Assembly: GCA_965603355.1 (NCBI GenBank)
Contig: CBFDCQ010000001.1
Location: 42,350 to 106,349, forward strand
DNA: 64,000 nucleotides
Direction of reading: 5' to 3'
Source: an uncultured bacterium
GTDB lineage: Bacteria; Hydrogenedentota; CAZGCA01; CBFDCQ01
Positions 10,089 to 19,911 of this stretch are shown here, piece by piece. A program made the translations under genes and the position numbers. Within the stretch, counting starts at the first letter, position 1. Each line of letters opens with the position of its first letter. The notes under the pieces were generated by a model. It saw only the letters and a program-made list of their open reading frames with translations, did no database searches and had not been told where the DNA came from.

Positions 10089-10889
10089 TTGGAAACGGAC
10101 ATGATTCGGAACAAAAGAAAAGAGGTTGTCGGGCTCGCGCTCTTGCTGACGGCCATCGTGACGGCCGGTGTGTTCTTACACACCGCGGACTGCGAACCGC
10201 TTTCTACCGCTGAGACAACCCTGTTTATCGAAGCAAACATGGCTTACGAGAAGAACGATTTTGCCACGGCGGCGCAGAAGTACGAACAGATCGTCGCCGC
10301 CGGACTCGAGCCCGGCGAGATACTTTACAATCTCGGCAACTGCTATTTCAGAATGGGCGAGCTGGGTATGTCGATAGTCTACTACGAGCGTGCCAGAACG
10401 GTAATGCCTAGAGATCAGAATCTGCTGACGAACATTCTCCTCGCAGACTCGCGAGCGCTGGACAAGATCACACCGCCGAAGGTATGGGCGGTCGCCCGGA
10501 AGCTCTTTGTCTGGTGCCGGATGCTGACGGCACGCGAGATTTCCTTGATCTTCATTGCGGCGAACGCGGCATTCTGGGCGAGCCTTGCCGCGTTTGCGAT
10601 CGCGAAGAACCGTTTTGTCAAGATAGCCGTCGTACTAGCCGGTATTATTCTTATACTGTCGGGGACCTCTTATGCACTCGGCTGGACTGAGCGTCGCGGT
10701 CTCGGCACAGCAGTCGTCGTGGCCGATGAGGCGGAGGTCCGGACAGGTCCCGGCAACTATGCGGTTACGTTCAAGCTGCATGACGGCACGCGGCTCAAGC
10801 TCGTTGATTCGCGTGAGGAGTGGTATCAGATCAGGTTGGCTGACGGCAAGAGAGGGTGGATACAAACCGGAGAAGTCGAGAGGATATAA
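10089..10889 (+). CDS. batE: BatE: TPR repeats, TM helices and a C-terminal SH3b domain
   Basis: TPR motifs (ANMAYEKNDFATAAQKYEQIV, LYNLGNCYFRMGE), TM helices, and the C-terminus VVVADEAEVRTGPGNYAVTFKLHDGTRLKLVDSREEWYQIRLADGKRGWIQTGEV resembles SH3b. Confidence 0.7.
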   Translation: METDMIRNKRKEVVGLALLLTAIVTAGVFLHTADCEPLSTAETTLFIEANMAYEKNDFATAAQKYEQIVAAGLEPGEILYNLGNCYFRMGELGMSIVYYERARTVMPRDQNLLTNILLADSRALDKITPPKVWAVARKLFVWCRMLTAREISLIFIAANAAFWASLAAFAIAKNRFVKIAVVLAGIILILSGTSYALGWTERRGLGTAVVVADEAEVRTGPGNYAVTFKLHDGTRLKLVDSREEWYQIRLADGKRGWIQTGEVERI

Positions 10890-10913
10890 GTCTGGCTGTT
10901 TGTGACGCAGCGA

Positions 10914-10945
10914 AGACGTCCCGACGGGACGTCTCTACTGTCTTT
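10914..10945 (+). terminator. putative intrinsic terminator after batE
   Basis: AGACGTCC-cgacg-GGACGTCT forms a perfect 8-bp stem with a 5-nt loop, followed by ctactgtcttta, 25 nt after the batE stop. Confidence 0.4.
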
Positions 10946-11035
10946 ACACCGCACGGAGGTTCTTGGTAAGATTATTGGTTCAATTGAGAGGATGCGCGCC
11001 GCATGGGCGGCGCGCCAAGAAGGGAGGTACCTGGA

Positions 11036-12505
11036 ATGACGAGAGGGATTGGGAAATCAACCGTGGTCCGCTGGATACTGGTTCTGGCGGTTTTGACCAC
11101 ACTGTTTGCGTTTGGGCTGCGCACGGGAGCGACGGCGCGGGCGGCAGCGCGAGGTGTCGACTTGCTGAAGCAGCTGGATGAAGCCTACGTGGAGATCTGG
11201 GAGAGGGTTGCGCCGGCTGTTGTTAATGTTGACACCAGCCGCGAGATAACTCTTCCCGGACCTTCCCCTAGTGTCAGGCGATTCTTCGATGATTTCGGCA
11301 TCGACCACCCCGATCAACCACGGACCATACCGAGGCTGGGACGGGGTTCAGGCTTCGTTATTGATAAGAAGGGATACGTTTTGACAAACCTTCATGTCGT
11401 CGAAGGGGCCGACAAGATCAAGGTCCGGTTCTCGAAAAAGGAGGAACCGTACAAGGCCAAGCTCGTCGGTACGGACAGTGATACAGAGATCGCGCTGATC
11501 AAGATAGAACCGAGGGGCGATCTGCCGGTTGTCGCGCTGGGCGATTCTGGCAAGCTTCGCGTTGGTCAGATAGTTATGGCAATAGGTAATCCGGCGGGAG
11601 TGCTTGAAAGGACCTTCACAGTGGGTCATGTCAGCGGGCTCGGTCGTTTCCTGCCGGAGTTCGCAGCACAAATGCGATTAGCGGCCAGCAATTTCATCCA
11701 GACGGATGCCGCAATCACCTTCGGCAACAGCGGCGGACCACTGGTCAACGTGGACGGCGAAGTTATCGGGATCAACACGGCATGGGCACCCGGCGGAGAG
11801 AATATCGGGTTCGCGGTGCCGATAAATTTCGCAAAGGAAATCCTGCCCGACCTCAAGAAAAGGGGAAAAGCTTTCCGAGGGCATCTCGGCGTTGAGGTCA
11901 AGCCGATAAAACCTGGTGCGGGAAAGTTGCTTGGTCTGCCGGATGATGGAGGAGCGCTCGTTCAGAGGGTGGTACCTGGTTCTCCCGCGGATAAAGCCGG
12001 ACTCCAGCAATACGACGTGATCACCGAGGTAAACCGGCAGAAGATCAGCTCATCGCCGGACCTTGTTGAAGTGGTAACGCATCTGCGACCGGGAACCACC
12101 GTGCGCGTGACATTCTTCAGGAACAGCAGGCGGAGCAGTGTCCGGGTGAGACTCACCGACCGGTCAGATGAAACAACCGAAAAGGAAGTAATCGCTGAGG
12201 CAAAGACCGAAGAGACGCTAGGCATGACGGTTGAGGAGATAACAAGCGACGCAGCGCGGCGCTTCGACATAAAGGAGGAAAAGGGCGTTGTCGTTACGGA
12301 CGTTGACTTGTCGGGTCCTGCAGCGGAACAAGGCGTAAGACCGGGTGACGTCATACTGGAAGTCAATCGCAAGCCCGTGGAAAGCGTGGCGGAGTTCCGC
12401 AAGGCTGTCGGAGAAATCGAGCCGGGTGACTGGGTCATGCTGCTCCTGAGCCGTAAGGGAGAAACGTCGATCGTGTTCGTCCGGAAACCCCAGGCTGACA
12501 AGTAG
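11036..12505 (+). CDS. degP: periplasmic serine endoprotease DegP/HtrA (trypsin domain plus two PDZ domains)
   Basis: RBS AAGGGAGG lies 9 nt before the ATG at 11036. Signal-anchor RWILVLAVLTTLFAFG, catalytic motifs including TNLHVV (His), IALIKI (Asp) and GNSGGPL (Ser), and two PDZ-like C-terminal repeats. Confidence 0.9.
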   Translation: MTRGIGKSTVVRWILVLAVLTTLFAFGLRTGATARAAARGVDLLKQLDEAYVEIWERVAPAVVNVDTSREITLPGPSPSVRRFFDDFGIDHPDQPRTIPRLGRGSGFVIDKKGYVLTNLHVVEGADKIKVRFSKKEEPYKAKLVGTDSDTEIALIKIEPRGDLPVVALGDSGKLRVGQIVMAIGNPAGVLERTFTVGHVSGLGRFLPEFAAQMRLAASNFIQTDAAITFGNSGGPLVNVDGEVIGINTAWAPGGENIGFAVPINFAKEILPDLKKRGKAFRGHLGVEVKPIKPGAGKLLGLPDDGGALVQRVVPGSPADKAGLQQYDVITEVNRQKISSSPDLVEVVTHLRPGTTVRVTFFRNSRRSSVRVRLTDRSDETTEKEVIAEAKTEETLGMTVEEITSDAARRFDIKEEKGVVVTDVDLSGPAAEQGVRPGDVILEVNRKPVESVAEFRKAVGEIEPGDWVMLLLSRKGETSIVFVRKPQADK

Positions 12506-12544
12506 CACGGCGTTCCGCTCGGCGCAAGTGAAAGTCGAAAAGGT

Positions 12545-12564
12545 AGGGCGGGCGTCTCGCCCGC
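12545..12564 (+). other. GC-rich stem-loop between degP and rarA
   Basis: GGGCGGGCG-tct-CGCCCGCC, followed by the purine-rich run GGGGAGGGAGAGGAGC directly before the in-frame GTG at 12588. Confidence 0.4.
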
Positions 12565-12587
12565 CGGACGAGGGGAGGGAGAGGAGC

Positions 12588-13925
12588 GTGGCGGACCTGT
12601 TTGAGGAGGAGGAGCGCGTATCGGCGGCGGACTTCCCGCTTGCGCGGCGGATGACTCCCCGTGACCTGTCGGAGTTCGTCGGGCAGGAGCACCTGCTGGG
12701 CAAAGGCAAGATACTGCGCCGCGCTATCGAGTCCGACCGGATACGTTCGCTGATCCTTTGCGGCCCGCCCGGCAGTGGCAAGACAGCGCTCGCCAGAATC
12801 GTCGCCAGACGAACGAAATCCGCCTTTGAGACTCTCAACGCAGTGACTTCCGGCGTGAAGGAGCTCAGAGATCTCATATCCGCCGCAAAGCAGCGGAAAC
12901 GTGCCGCCGGCAAGAGAACCATCGTCTTCATAGACGAGATACACCGGTTCAACCGCGCGCAGCAGGACGCGCTGCTACCGGACGTCGAGATGGGCTCGAT
13001 CACGCTAATCGGCGCCACGACGCAGAATCCCTTTTTCTCCATTGTAGCTCCGCTCTTGTCGAGGTCGCAGATCTTCGAGCTTGAACCGCTGACGGAAGAA
13101 CAGGTCGGGACGATCCTTCGTCGCGCAGTCGGGGACAAGCAACGCGGCTTCCCAGACGCGGAGGTCGATCTCACACCTGAGGCTTTGGACCATCTCGCGC
13201 GTTACGCCAACGGGGATGCGCGCGTCGCGCTGAACGGCCTGGAGATAGCGGTTCTTACCACGCCGCCGGACAAACGCGGCAAGATCATGATAACGCGCGA
13301 GGTAGCGGAGGAGTCCATCCAGAAGAAGGCGGTCGTCTACGACGGCACAGGCGACGACCATTACGATACCGCCTCAGCTTTCATCAAGAGCTTGCGCGGT
13401 TCGGATCCGGACTCCGCGCTTTACTGGCTTGCGAAGATGCTTGATGCCGGGGAAGATCCTCGGTTCATCGCCAGGCGCATAGCGATTGCCGCCGCCGAGG
13501 ATGTTGGCAATGCCGACCCTCAGGCGCTGGTCGTCGCCAACGCGGCCTGGCAGGTGTGCGAGTTCATCGGCATGCCGGAAGCCCAGATACCGCTCGCTCA
13601 AGCCACCGTCTACGTCGCGACCGCACCGAAAAGCAACGCCTCGTACATTGCTCTCGGCAAGGCAAGGAAAGAGGTACAGGAGGAAGGGACTGTTCCCGTG
13701 CCGCGCCACCTGAAGGATGCCAACTATCCCGGTTCCAAACGACTCGAACGCGGGAAGGGGTACCTGTATCCGCACAACCACGAGGGAGGGATTGTGGAGC
13801 AGTTCTACGGTGTCGAACAGGGGCGATACTACTCGCCGACGGGCCGAGGGTATGAGGCGGAAATTGCAAAGAGATTAGAGGAAATTAGAGAGAGTATCAG
13901 GAAGAACAAGCCTGAGACTCCCTGA
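12588..13925 (+). CDS. rarA: replication-associated recombination protein A (RarA/MgsA, AAA+)
   Basis: N-terminus VADLFEE...PLARRMTPRDLSEFVGQEHLLGKGK parallels the E. coli RarA N-terminus. Walker A GPPGSGKT, Walker B VFIDEIHRFNRAQQDALL, and a MgsA_C-like C-terminal domain. The start was moved to the GTG after the hairpin and RBS; the track ORF begins at 12528. Confidence 0.85.
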   Translation: MADLFEEEERVSAADFPLARRMTPRDLSEFVGQEHLLGKGKILRRAIESDRIRSLILCGPPGSGKTALARIVARRTKSAFETLNAVTSGVKELRDLISAAKQRKRAAGKRTIVFIDEIHRFNRAQQDALLPDVEMGSITLIGATTQNPFFSIVAPLLSRSQIFELEPLTEEQVGTILRRAVGDKQRGFPDAEVDLTPEALDHLARYANGDARVALNGLEIAVLTTPPDKRGKIMITREVAEESIQKKAVVYDGTGDDHYDTASAFIKSLRGSDPDSALYWLAKMLDAGEDPRFIARRIAIAAAEDVGNADPQALVVANAAWQVCEFIGMPEAQIPLAQATVYVATAPKSNASYIALGKARKEVQEEGTVPVPRHLKDANYPGSKRLERGKGYLYPHNHEGGIVEQFYGVEQGRYYSPTGRGYEAEIAKRLEEIRESIRKNKPETP

Positions 13926-14246
13926 TTACCGTCGGCGGTTCTTCCTCTTCTTCGGCCTGTAAGATAGCTGCAAGCCGATTACGATCAGCAGCAGACCCAC
14001 CACGTCGGCCACCGTCCATATGTTCGTCAGAAGGTAGAAGAGGTCCTCGAAATCCGGACCCAGCACGAGGTATCGGGCCAGACCGTCGCCGATAAGGCTT
14101 ATTAGCGAACCAAGCATTATCACGACGAAGCCGAACGTGGCGAACAGCATAGGCTTCGACTCGACACCTCTTCTAGCAGTGACGAGCGCGCCCCACGTAC
14201 ACAGGCACATCTGCAAGAGCCACAGGCAAAAATAGTAGCGCGCCAT
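13926..14246 (-). CDS. small hypothetical membrane protein (3 predicted TM helices, basic C-terminal tail)
   Basis: Hydrophobic segments ARYYFCLWLLQMCLCTWGALV, MLFATFGFVVIMLGSLISLI and VVGLLLIVIGL, ending KKRKNRRR. Convergent with rarA and occupies an otherwise empty interval. Confidence 0.4.
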   Translation of the reverse strand: MARYYFCLWLLQMCLCTWGALVTARRGVESKPMLFATFGFVVIMLGSLISLIGDGLARYLVLGPDFEDLFYLLTNIWTVADVVGLLLIVIGLQLSYRPKKRKNRRR

Positions 14247-14487
14247 CGGGATGATCCCCCTCGTTTCTGCGCGAAAGACGACCCGGTCGCAGATTATACC
14301 ACCTCACTGCGCACCTCGCAACACCAAATACGCGAGGGACAGGGCGCGCGCCTTGAAATATGTCATCGCAGGGCTTACAATCTTCACAGACGGTGGGTGG
14401 AGTCTGATCGTTTGCGCGATTCAGAGTGATGGATGACCTGGGTGCGAGGTTCGGATCGCTACTGATCTTCTCTGGAGGTGGATAAAC

Positions 14488-16095
14488 ATGGTGGTGACGC
14501 GAAGAATTCATTACGCTGCGGCGTTGGCTCTCGCCGTACTGACGTGTCATGCGTGTACAGGCCGGCCCGAGCAGGAACGTGACGTGACAACCTTGCGGTA
14601 CGGCACCTTCGCCGATCCGGCGACGCTCGACCCGGCTCATTCCACGGACACGGGGTCGGGCATTGTCGTTCTCAAGGTCTTCGACGGACTGGTGCAGTTT
14701 GAACCGGAGACTATGGAGATCGCCCCTGACATTGCCGAGAGTTACGACGTTTCCGCCGATGGTACGACGTACACCTTCCGGTTGCGCAAGGGAGTTCTCT
14801 TTCACAATGGCAGGGAGGTAACAGCGGAGGACTTCCGGTACTCTCTCGAGCGGATCCTTGATCCGAAGACCCGGTCTGAGCGGAGATGGGTGCTGGCGGA
14901 GATCGACGGTGCGGAGGAGTTCTCGAAAGACGAAGCCGACTCGGTCAGAGGTATAGAGGTGCTGGACAAGTACGTTTTGCGCATCCGGCTGCGCCGACCG
15001 TTGGGGCCTTTCCTGGCGCAACTGTGCATGGAGGCAGCCAGCGCAGTCCCGCGCGAGGAGGTTGAGAGGTGGGGTGAGAATTTCACGTCTCATCCCGTTG
15101 GGTGCGGACCGTACAAGTTCGTGTCGTGGAAGCACGATGTTGACCTCGTGCTCGAAGCGTTCGACAGGTACTACGGCGGTTCGCCCAAGATTCCCCGGAT
15201 CCGGATCCGCATCCTGCCCGATCTGAACGTCATGTTGGAGGAATACCTTGCCGGTGGGCTTGATTTCGTCGACGAATTGCCTCCGGGCAGGGTCAAGGGC
15301 CTTCGCGAGCAAAGGCCCGATGAGTTGAAGATCTGGCCGATACTCGCAACCTACTACTGCGGATTCAACCATCAGAAACCGCCTTTCAAGGGCAATCTGA
15401 AGCTGCGTCAGGCGTTCAATTACGCGATAGACCGCCAGGGTATCTGTGAAAGCATAAGAGAGGGCATTCCAATACCTGCGTCCGGAATATTACCTCCGGG
15501 CATTCCCGGGCACAACCCGGACCTTAAGGTGTATGACTACGCTCCTGAGAAGGCAAAGAGACTTCTCGCCGAAGCAGGGTACCCGAACGGCGAGGGGCTG
15601 CCGGAAATAGCCTTGTGGTACAACACGCAGATCGGCCACAAACGCATCTGCGAGTACATACAGCATTGTCTTAGACAGATTGGCGTGCAGATAAAACTGA
15701 AGAACCTCGATACAGCAGCGTACTGGCTGGCAATGTACGATGGCGAGCCGGCCTTCTTCCGCAACGGCTGGATAGCGGATATTCCGGACCCGGATAATTT
15801 CCTGTACACATTGCTTCACAGCAGCCAGTTCGGTGCAGCGGGAAACACGTCCAGGTACAGCAACCCGAAGTTGGACGAGCTGGTCGAGCGCGCTCGCCTT
15901 CTCACCGACTGGTCTGAACGGGAACCTCTTTACCGGGAGGCGGAGCGGATCGCCGTGGAGGACGCCGTCTGGCTGTCCATTTACTATTATCGCGACCAGG
16001 CATTGGTGAAACCGTACGTGAAAGGTATCCGATACTCGGTGCAGGGCGATTTTGCCATCCCCTGGCATGAGGCATATATCGAAAGTGGCGAGTAA
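14488..16095 (+). CDS. ABC transporter substrate-binding protein, family 5 (peptide/nickel, OppA/DppA-like)
   Basis: Signal or lipoprotein N-terminus (LALAVLTCHAC). 535 aa, with SBP_bac_5 features visible to me: an N-terminal signal or lipoprotein motif and family-5 length. Directly upstream of two OppBC-type permeases. Confidence 0.85.
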   Translation: MVVTRRIHYAAALALAVLTCHACTGRPEQERDVTTLRYGTFADPATLDPAHSTDTGSGIVVLKVFDGLVQFEPETMEIAPDIAESYDVSADGTTYTFRLRKGVLFHNGREVTAEDFRYSLERILDPKTRSERRWVLAEIDGAEEFSKDEADSVRGIEVLDKYVLRIRLRRPLGPFLAQLCMEAASAVPREEVERWGENFTSHPVGCGPYKFVSWKHDVDLVLEAFDRYYGGSPKIPRIRIRILPDLNVMLEEYLAGGLDFVDELPPGRVKGLREQRPDELKIWPILATYYCGFNHQKPPFKGNLKLRQAFNYAIDRQGICESIREGIPIPASGILPPGIPGHNPDLKVYDYAPEKAKRLLAEAGYPNGEGLPEIALWYNTQIGHKRICEYIQHCLRQIGVQIKLKNLDTAAYWLAMYDGEPAFFRNGWIADIPDPDNFLYTLLHSSQFGAAGNTSRYSNPKLDELVERARLLTDWSEREPLYREAERIAVEDAVWLSIYYYRDQALVKPYVKGIRYSVQGDFAIPWHEAYIESGE

Positions 16096-16173
16096 GACGG
16101 CACAGGTTTCATCCTGTGAAACAAACAACACACGATACATCCTATGTCACCAAGGGGTAGGGGGTGGCTCTGA

Positions 16174-17106
16174 ATGTACGGATTCATTCTGAAAAGATTG
16201 GCGTTGGCAGTACCGGTGATGCTCGGCATAGCGACCATCATCTTCCTTCTCATGTTCTTCATACCCGGCGACCCGGTACGCATGCTGATGGGTCAACACG
16301 GGGATCCGGAGACGGAGGCGGAGATACGCGCCGACCTGGGTCTTGACAAACCTCTGCACGTTCAGTACTTTCGGTTCCTCGGAAGACTGCTCAAAGGCGA
16401 CCTCGGCAGGTCCTATCGCCAACGCAGACCCGTCAAAGAGATACTCCTCGAACGGTTGCCCGCGACGCTCAAGCTGGGAACCGCCGCGTTGTGTCTCGCA
16501 GTGTTCTTTGGAGTAACCGCGGGCATCATAGCTGCGCTGAACAGGAACAAGCCCCTGGACGGTGCAGTTATGGTAGCGTCGCTCGTCGGAATATCGACGC
16601 CCGTGTTCTGGCTCGGGCTGATGCTCATGTTGGTATTTGCGTCACGTCTGAAATGGCTTCCCGTGGCTGGCTACGGTACCAACGGCGACCTTCGTCATCT
16701 CGTGCTTCCAGCCGTCTCGCTATCGCTTGTCTATCTCGGCTATATTGCGCGGATAACCAGGTCTAGCCTGCTCGAGGTCATAGGAATGGAGTTTTTGAGG
16801 ACGGCCAGGGCTAAGGGTCTGGGAAAGCGCGTCGCGGCAATCAAGCACGGCCTCAGAAACGCACTTATCCCCATCGTGACGGTAATTGGGCTGAACTTCG
16901 CCGGTCTCCTGGGCGGTGCGGTCGCCACCGAGACCGTGTTCGCATGGCCGGGTATAGGTCGCACTATGGTTCTCGCCATCGGCATGCGCGACGTGCCTGT
17001 GATAGAAGGAGGGGTGATCATCCTGTCGCTGTCGTTCGTGTTGATCAACTTGCTCGTTGACGTTTCTTACTCGTTTATAGACCCGAGGATCAGGCTTGAA
17101 AGTTAG
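16174..17106 (+). CDS. ABC transporter permease (OppB/DppB-like)
   Basis: Begins MYGFILKRLALAVPVMLGIATIIFLLMFFIPGDPV (classic DppB N-terminus) and contains the ABC-type permease EAA loop region. Confidence 0.9.
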   Translation: MYGFILKRLALAVPVMLGIATIIFLLMFFIPGDPVRMLMGQHGDPETEAEIRADLGLDKPLHVQYFRFLGRLLKGDLGRSYRQRRPVKEILLERLPATLKLGTAALCLAVFFGVTAGIIAALNRNKPLDGAVMVASLVGISTPVFWLGLMLMLVFASRLKWLPVAGYGTNGDLRHLVLPAVSLSLVYLGYIARITRSSLLEVIGMEFLRTARAKGLGKRVAAIKHGLRNALIPIVTVIGLNFAGLLGGAVATETVFAWPGIGRTMVLAIGMRDVPVIEGGVIILSLSFVLINLLVDVSYSFIDPRIRLES

Positions 17107-17141
17107 GAACGGAACACACGCTTGCCGCATATTGGCCGATT

Positions 17142-17993
17142 ATGAGATTGATTAGAGAGAGTTGGACGCAGCTACGGCGCAGCAAACACGCAACCGTCGG
17201 CGTGTCAATTGTCCTTGTGCTGGTTCTGGCGGCGATACTTGCGCCTGTCATAGCGCCGTACGACCCGTATTACGCAAACCTGGACGAGGCTCTTGAACCG
17301 CCGTCGTCTCGCCACTTGATGGGCACGGACGATCTCGGACGGGACATCTTCAGCAGGGTGCTCTACGGTGCGCGGATCTCGCTGCAGGTGGGCGTACTCG
17401 CCGAGGTGATATCGCTCGCAATCGGCATAGCCGCAGGTGCATTAGCGGCCCATTATGGCGGCTGGGTCGACATGACGCTCATGCGCGTCGCCGACATGTT
17501 CTTCGCGTTCCCGACGGCGCTCTTCGCGATGGCGGTCATAGCTGTGTTTGAGGAGCCGAGCGTCACCAAGATCTTCGTTGTCCTCGGTATAGTGAACTGG
17601 GCAGGCATAGCCAGGCTAGTCCGCGGCAGCCTTCTGTCCATCAAAGAGCGTGAGTTCGCTGAAGCGGCGCGGGCTCTGGGTGTCGGCTCGCCCCGGCTCA
17701 TGGTAAGACACCTGCTTCCCAACGCGCTGGCGCCGATACTCGTCGTCGCGACCATAGGCATCGCGGGCAACATCCTTACGGAAGCGTGGCTCAGCTTTCT
17801 GGGTTTGGGCGCCCAGGCACCGCTGGCAAGTTGGGGCTCGATGATCACGGCCGCCCAATCCTTCATCTACACTCAACCGTGGATCTGCCTCTGTCCGGGT
17901 CTGGCTATCGTCATCACTGTGCTCGGCTTTAATCTCCTCGGAGACGGCCTGCGCGACATACTCGATCCGCGCCTGACGCGCTCACGCCTGTGA
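17142..17993 (+). CDS. ABC transporter permease (OppC/DppC-like)
   Basis: N-terminal periplasmic segment with LMGTDDLGRDIFSRVLYGARISL (DppC hallmark) and six TM helices. Confidence 0.9.
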   Translation: MRLIRESWTQLRRSKHATVGVSIVLVLVLAAILAPVIAPYDPYYANLDEALEPPSSRHLMGTDDLGRDIFSRVLYGARISLQVGVLAEVISLAIGIAAGALAAHYGGWVDMTLMRVADMFFAFPTALFAMAVIAVFEEPSVTKIFVVLGIVNWAGIARLVRGSLLSIKEREFAEAARALGVGSPRLMVRHLLPNALAPILVVATIGIAGNILTEAWLSFLGLGAQAPLASWGSMITAAQSFIYTQPWICLCPGLAIVITVLGFNLLGDGLRDILDPRLTRSRL

Positions 17994-18019
17994 GCGCAAA
18001 TTCCGACTTCCGGCATCGG

Positions 18020-18049
18020 TTGCAAACGCATTGCCCCCTGGTATAGAAT
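18020..18049 (+). promoter_or_regulatory. candidate sigma-70 promoter upstream of the HAMP protein gene
   Basis: TTGCAA, a 16-18 nt spacer, then TATAGAAT (TATAGA/TAGAAT), about 90 nt upstream of the 18134 start. Confidence 0.35.
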
Positions 18050-18133
18050 CTGGAATGTGGGTAACGGGCCGGGATTCATTGCACGACTATTTACTGTCCT
18101 CGGCCGGGACTGGAAGGAGATGGTTCTTCGCGA

Positions 18134-18748
18134 TTGAGGGAGGCGAAAATGAGGTCTAGACCGAAGAGACGCCGCTATTTTGTTGATCCGAAATTCCAGC
18201 TATCGCATCTTGCTGGCTACGCGGTCTCTACAATAGTGATAGCTGTAGTGGTCGGTGGAGTCGTCGCTAATCTGTTTCTGCCCAAATTGCCCAAGACGAG
18301 GGTGGAAGAGGGGCTCTGGAGGCCGGAGTTCTTATCGCATCTGATGTGGGTGATACTGGCAGCGACGGTCGCTGCATGCGTGCGCGCGGTCTTCGTCTCG
18401 CACAAGATCGTTGGCCCGCTGTTCAGGTTGAAGAATGTCATGCAGGCGGTCGGTGAGGGCGATCTGTCCTACCGAATGCAGTTCCGCGCCCGCGACCGCC
18501 TCCAGGACGTTGGTGTGGCGTTCGACGGGATGGTTCAGGGACTCAGGACTCTTGTGCACCTGGACCGTACTTTAGCGGGACAAGTGGCCGATACGGCCAA
18601 ACGAGCCGGCCAAATGCTCGAAAGCGGGGATCTCACACCGGACCGCGTGCAGGAGTTACGCAACCTGCTTGACCAGATTACCCGCAAGGCGGAGAGTATA
18701 GCCGCCGCGTTCAAGACCGAGGACAACATGTATGATGCTACATTATAA
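18134..18748 (+). CDS. small membrane protein with two TM helices and a HAMP-like domain
   Basis: TM1 AGYAVSTIVIAVVVGGVVANLFL, TM2 LMWVILAATVAACV, then a HAMP-like stretch PLFRLKNVMQAVGEGDLSYRMQFRARDRLQDVGVAFDGMVQGL. No output domain. Confidence 0.5.
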   Translation: MREAKMRSRPKRRRYFVDPKFQLSHLAGYAVSTIVIAVVVGGVVANLFLPKLPKTRVEEGLWRPEFLSHLMWVILAATVAACVRAVFVSHKIVGPLFRLKNVMQAVGEGDLSYRMQFRARDRLQDVGVAFDGMVQGLRTLVHLDRTLAGQVADTAKRAGQMLESGDLTPDRVQELRNLLDQITRKAESIAAAFKTEDNMYDATL

Positions 18749-19826
18749 ACGCCATGGAGATGTTCTGCATCTTTGGGCACACGTTCACGGGAACCGTGCT
18801 TTGATTGCGGCGTTGTGCATGGCACTTCTATGCTCCTGCGGCAAGAGGGAGACCGCTCCTTCGGATCTCCCACCTTCTGCAACGGCACCTGTGCGTGTCG
18901 GTATAGTCTTCGACGCCGGCGGTAAGGATGACAAGTCGTTCAATACCGCCTGCTGGCAAGGCGCGTTAAGGGCCAGGGATGAGTTTGGGATCGAGCTGAG
19001 AGATGTCGAGCCGGATAACCCTTCTGTCGTCGAATCCGCCATACGAGGGTACGCTGAACAGGGGTTCGACCTGGTCATAGGAATAGGCTTTGCAGCGGCA
19101 CCGTACATCAACGATGTTGCGAGTGAGTTTCCGGAAAAGAAGTTCGCCGTCGTTGACGATACGGGAAAGGTCGTCGATCAACCGAACGCGGTTTCTCTGA
19201 CGTTCGACGAACACGAGGGCTCGTATCTCGTAGGTGTGATCGCCGCCGCCAAAAGCCAGACCGGTACCATAGGATTCATAGGGGGGATGGACATCCCGCT
19301 GATCCGAAAGTTCGAGCTCGGTTATGAGCTTGGTGCTAAATCGGTCAACCCGGATGTCAAGGTGCTGCAGAACTATGCCGGTGTGACTCTCGCAGCGTGG
19401 AGCGATAGGACACGCGGCAGGGAATTGGCCATGTCCCAGTACGACCGTGGCGCCGACATCATCTTTGCCGCCGCAGGCGTCACCGGCCTGGGGGCATTCG
19501 ACGCGGCGGAGGAAAAGGGCAAGTTCGTTATCGGCGTCGATGCGAACCAGAACTATATCAGGCCGGGACGCGTCCTGACAAGCATGCTGAAACGGTCCGA
19601 CCTTGCCGTGTACGAGACCGTCAAGGCAGTCGTGGACGGCACGTTCAGCGGTGGACGACGCGTCATGGGCCTCGAGAACGACGGCGTGGGGTACGCCGTT
19701 GACGACTACAACCGCGACCTCCTGACGCCGGAAATCATCGAGAAGGCGGAGGAAGCGAAACGCAACATCCTGGAGGGCACAATCGTCGTGCCGGACTATG
19801 CGGAGCAAGAGATCGAGACGGAATAA
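18732..19826 (+). CDS. BMP-family (PnrA/Med-like) ABC substrate-binding lipoprotein
   Basis: Lipobox ALLCSCGK. BMP hallmarks: RVGIVFDAGGKDDKSFN, GFIGGMDIPLI, and the ANQNYIRPG region. Confidence 0.8.
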   Translation: MMLHYKRHGDVLHLWAHVHGNRALIAALCMALLCSCGKRETAPSDLPPSATAPVRVGIVFDAGGKDDKSFNTACWQGALRARDEFGIELRDVEPDNPSVVESAIRGYAEQGFDLVIGIGFAAAPYINDVASEFPEKKFAVVDDTGKVVDQPNAVSLTFDEHEGSYLVGVIAAAKSQTGTIGFIGGMDIPLIRKFELGYELGAKSVNPDVKVLQNYAGVTLAAWSDRTRGRELAMSQYDRGADIIFAAAGVTGLGAFDAAEEKGKFVIGVDANQNYIRPGRVLTSMLKRSDLAVYETVKAVVDGTFSGGRRVMGLENDGVGYAVDDYNRDLLTPEIIEKAEEAKRNILEGTIVVPDYAEQEIETE

Positions 19827-19911
19827 GGGCCGTTGGCGAACGACGGCTCATGAGTCGGGTTTTCATCTTTTTTGGCCGCGCATGACCGTACGAGGTGGAG
19901 CATTATCTGTC

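Noticed and set aside
14173-15372. 399-aa minus-strand ORF
   Set aside because: It lies entirely antisense to the family-5 substrate-binding protein gene, which has a signal peptide and family-typical length. It is an artefact of GC-rich codon usage.
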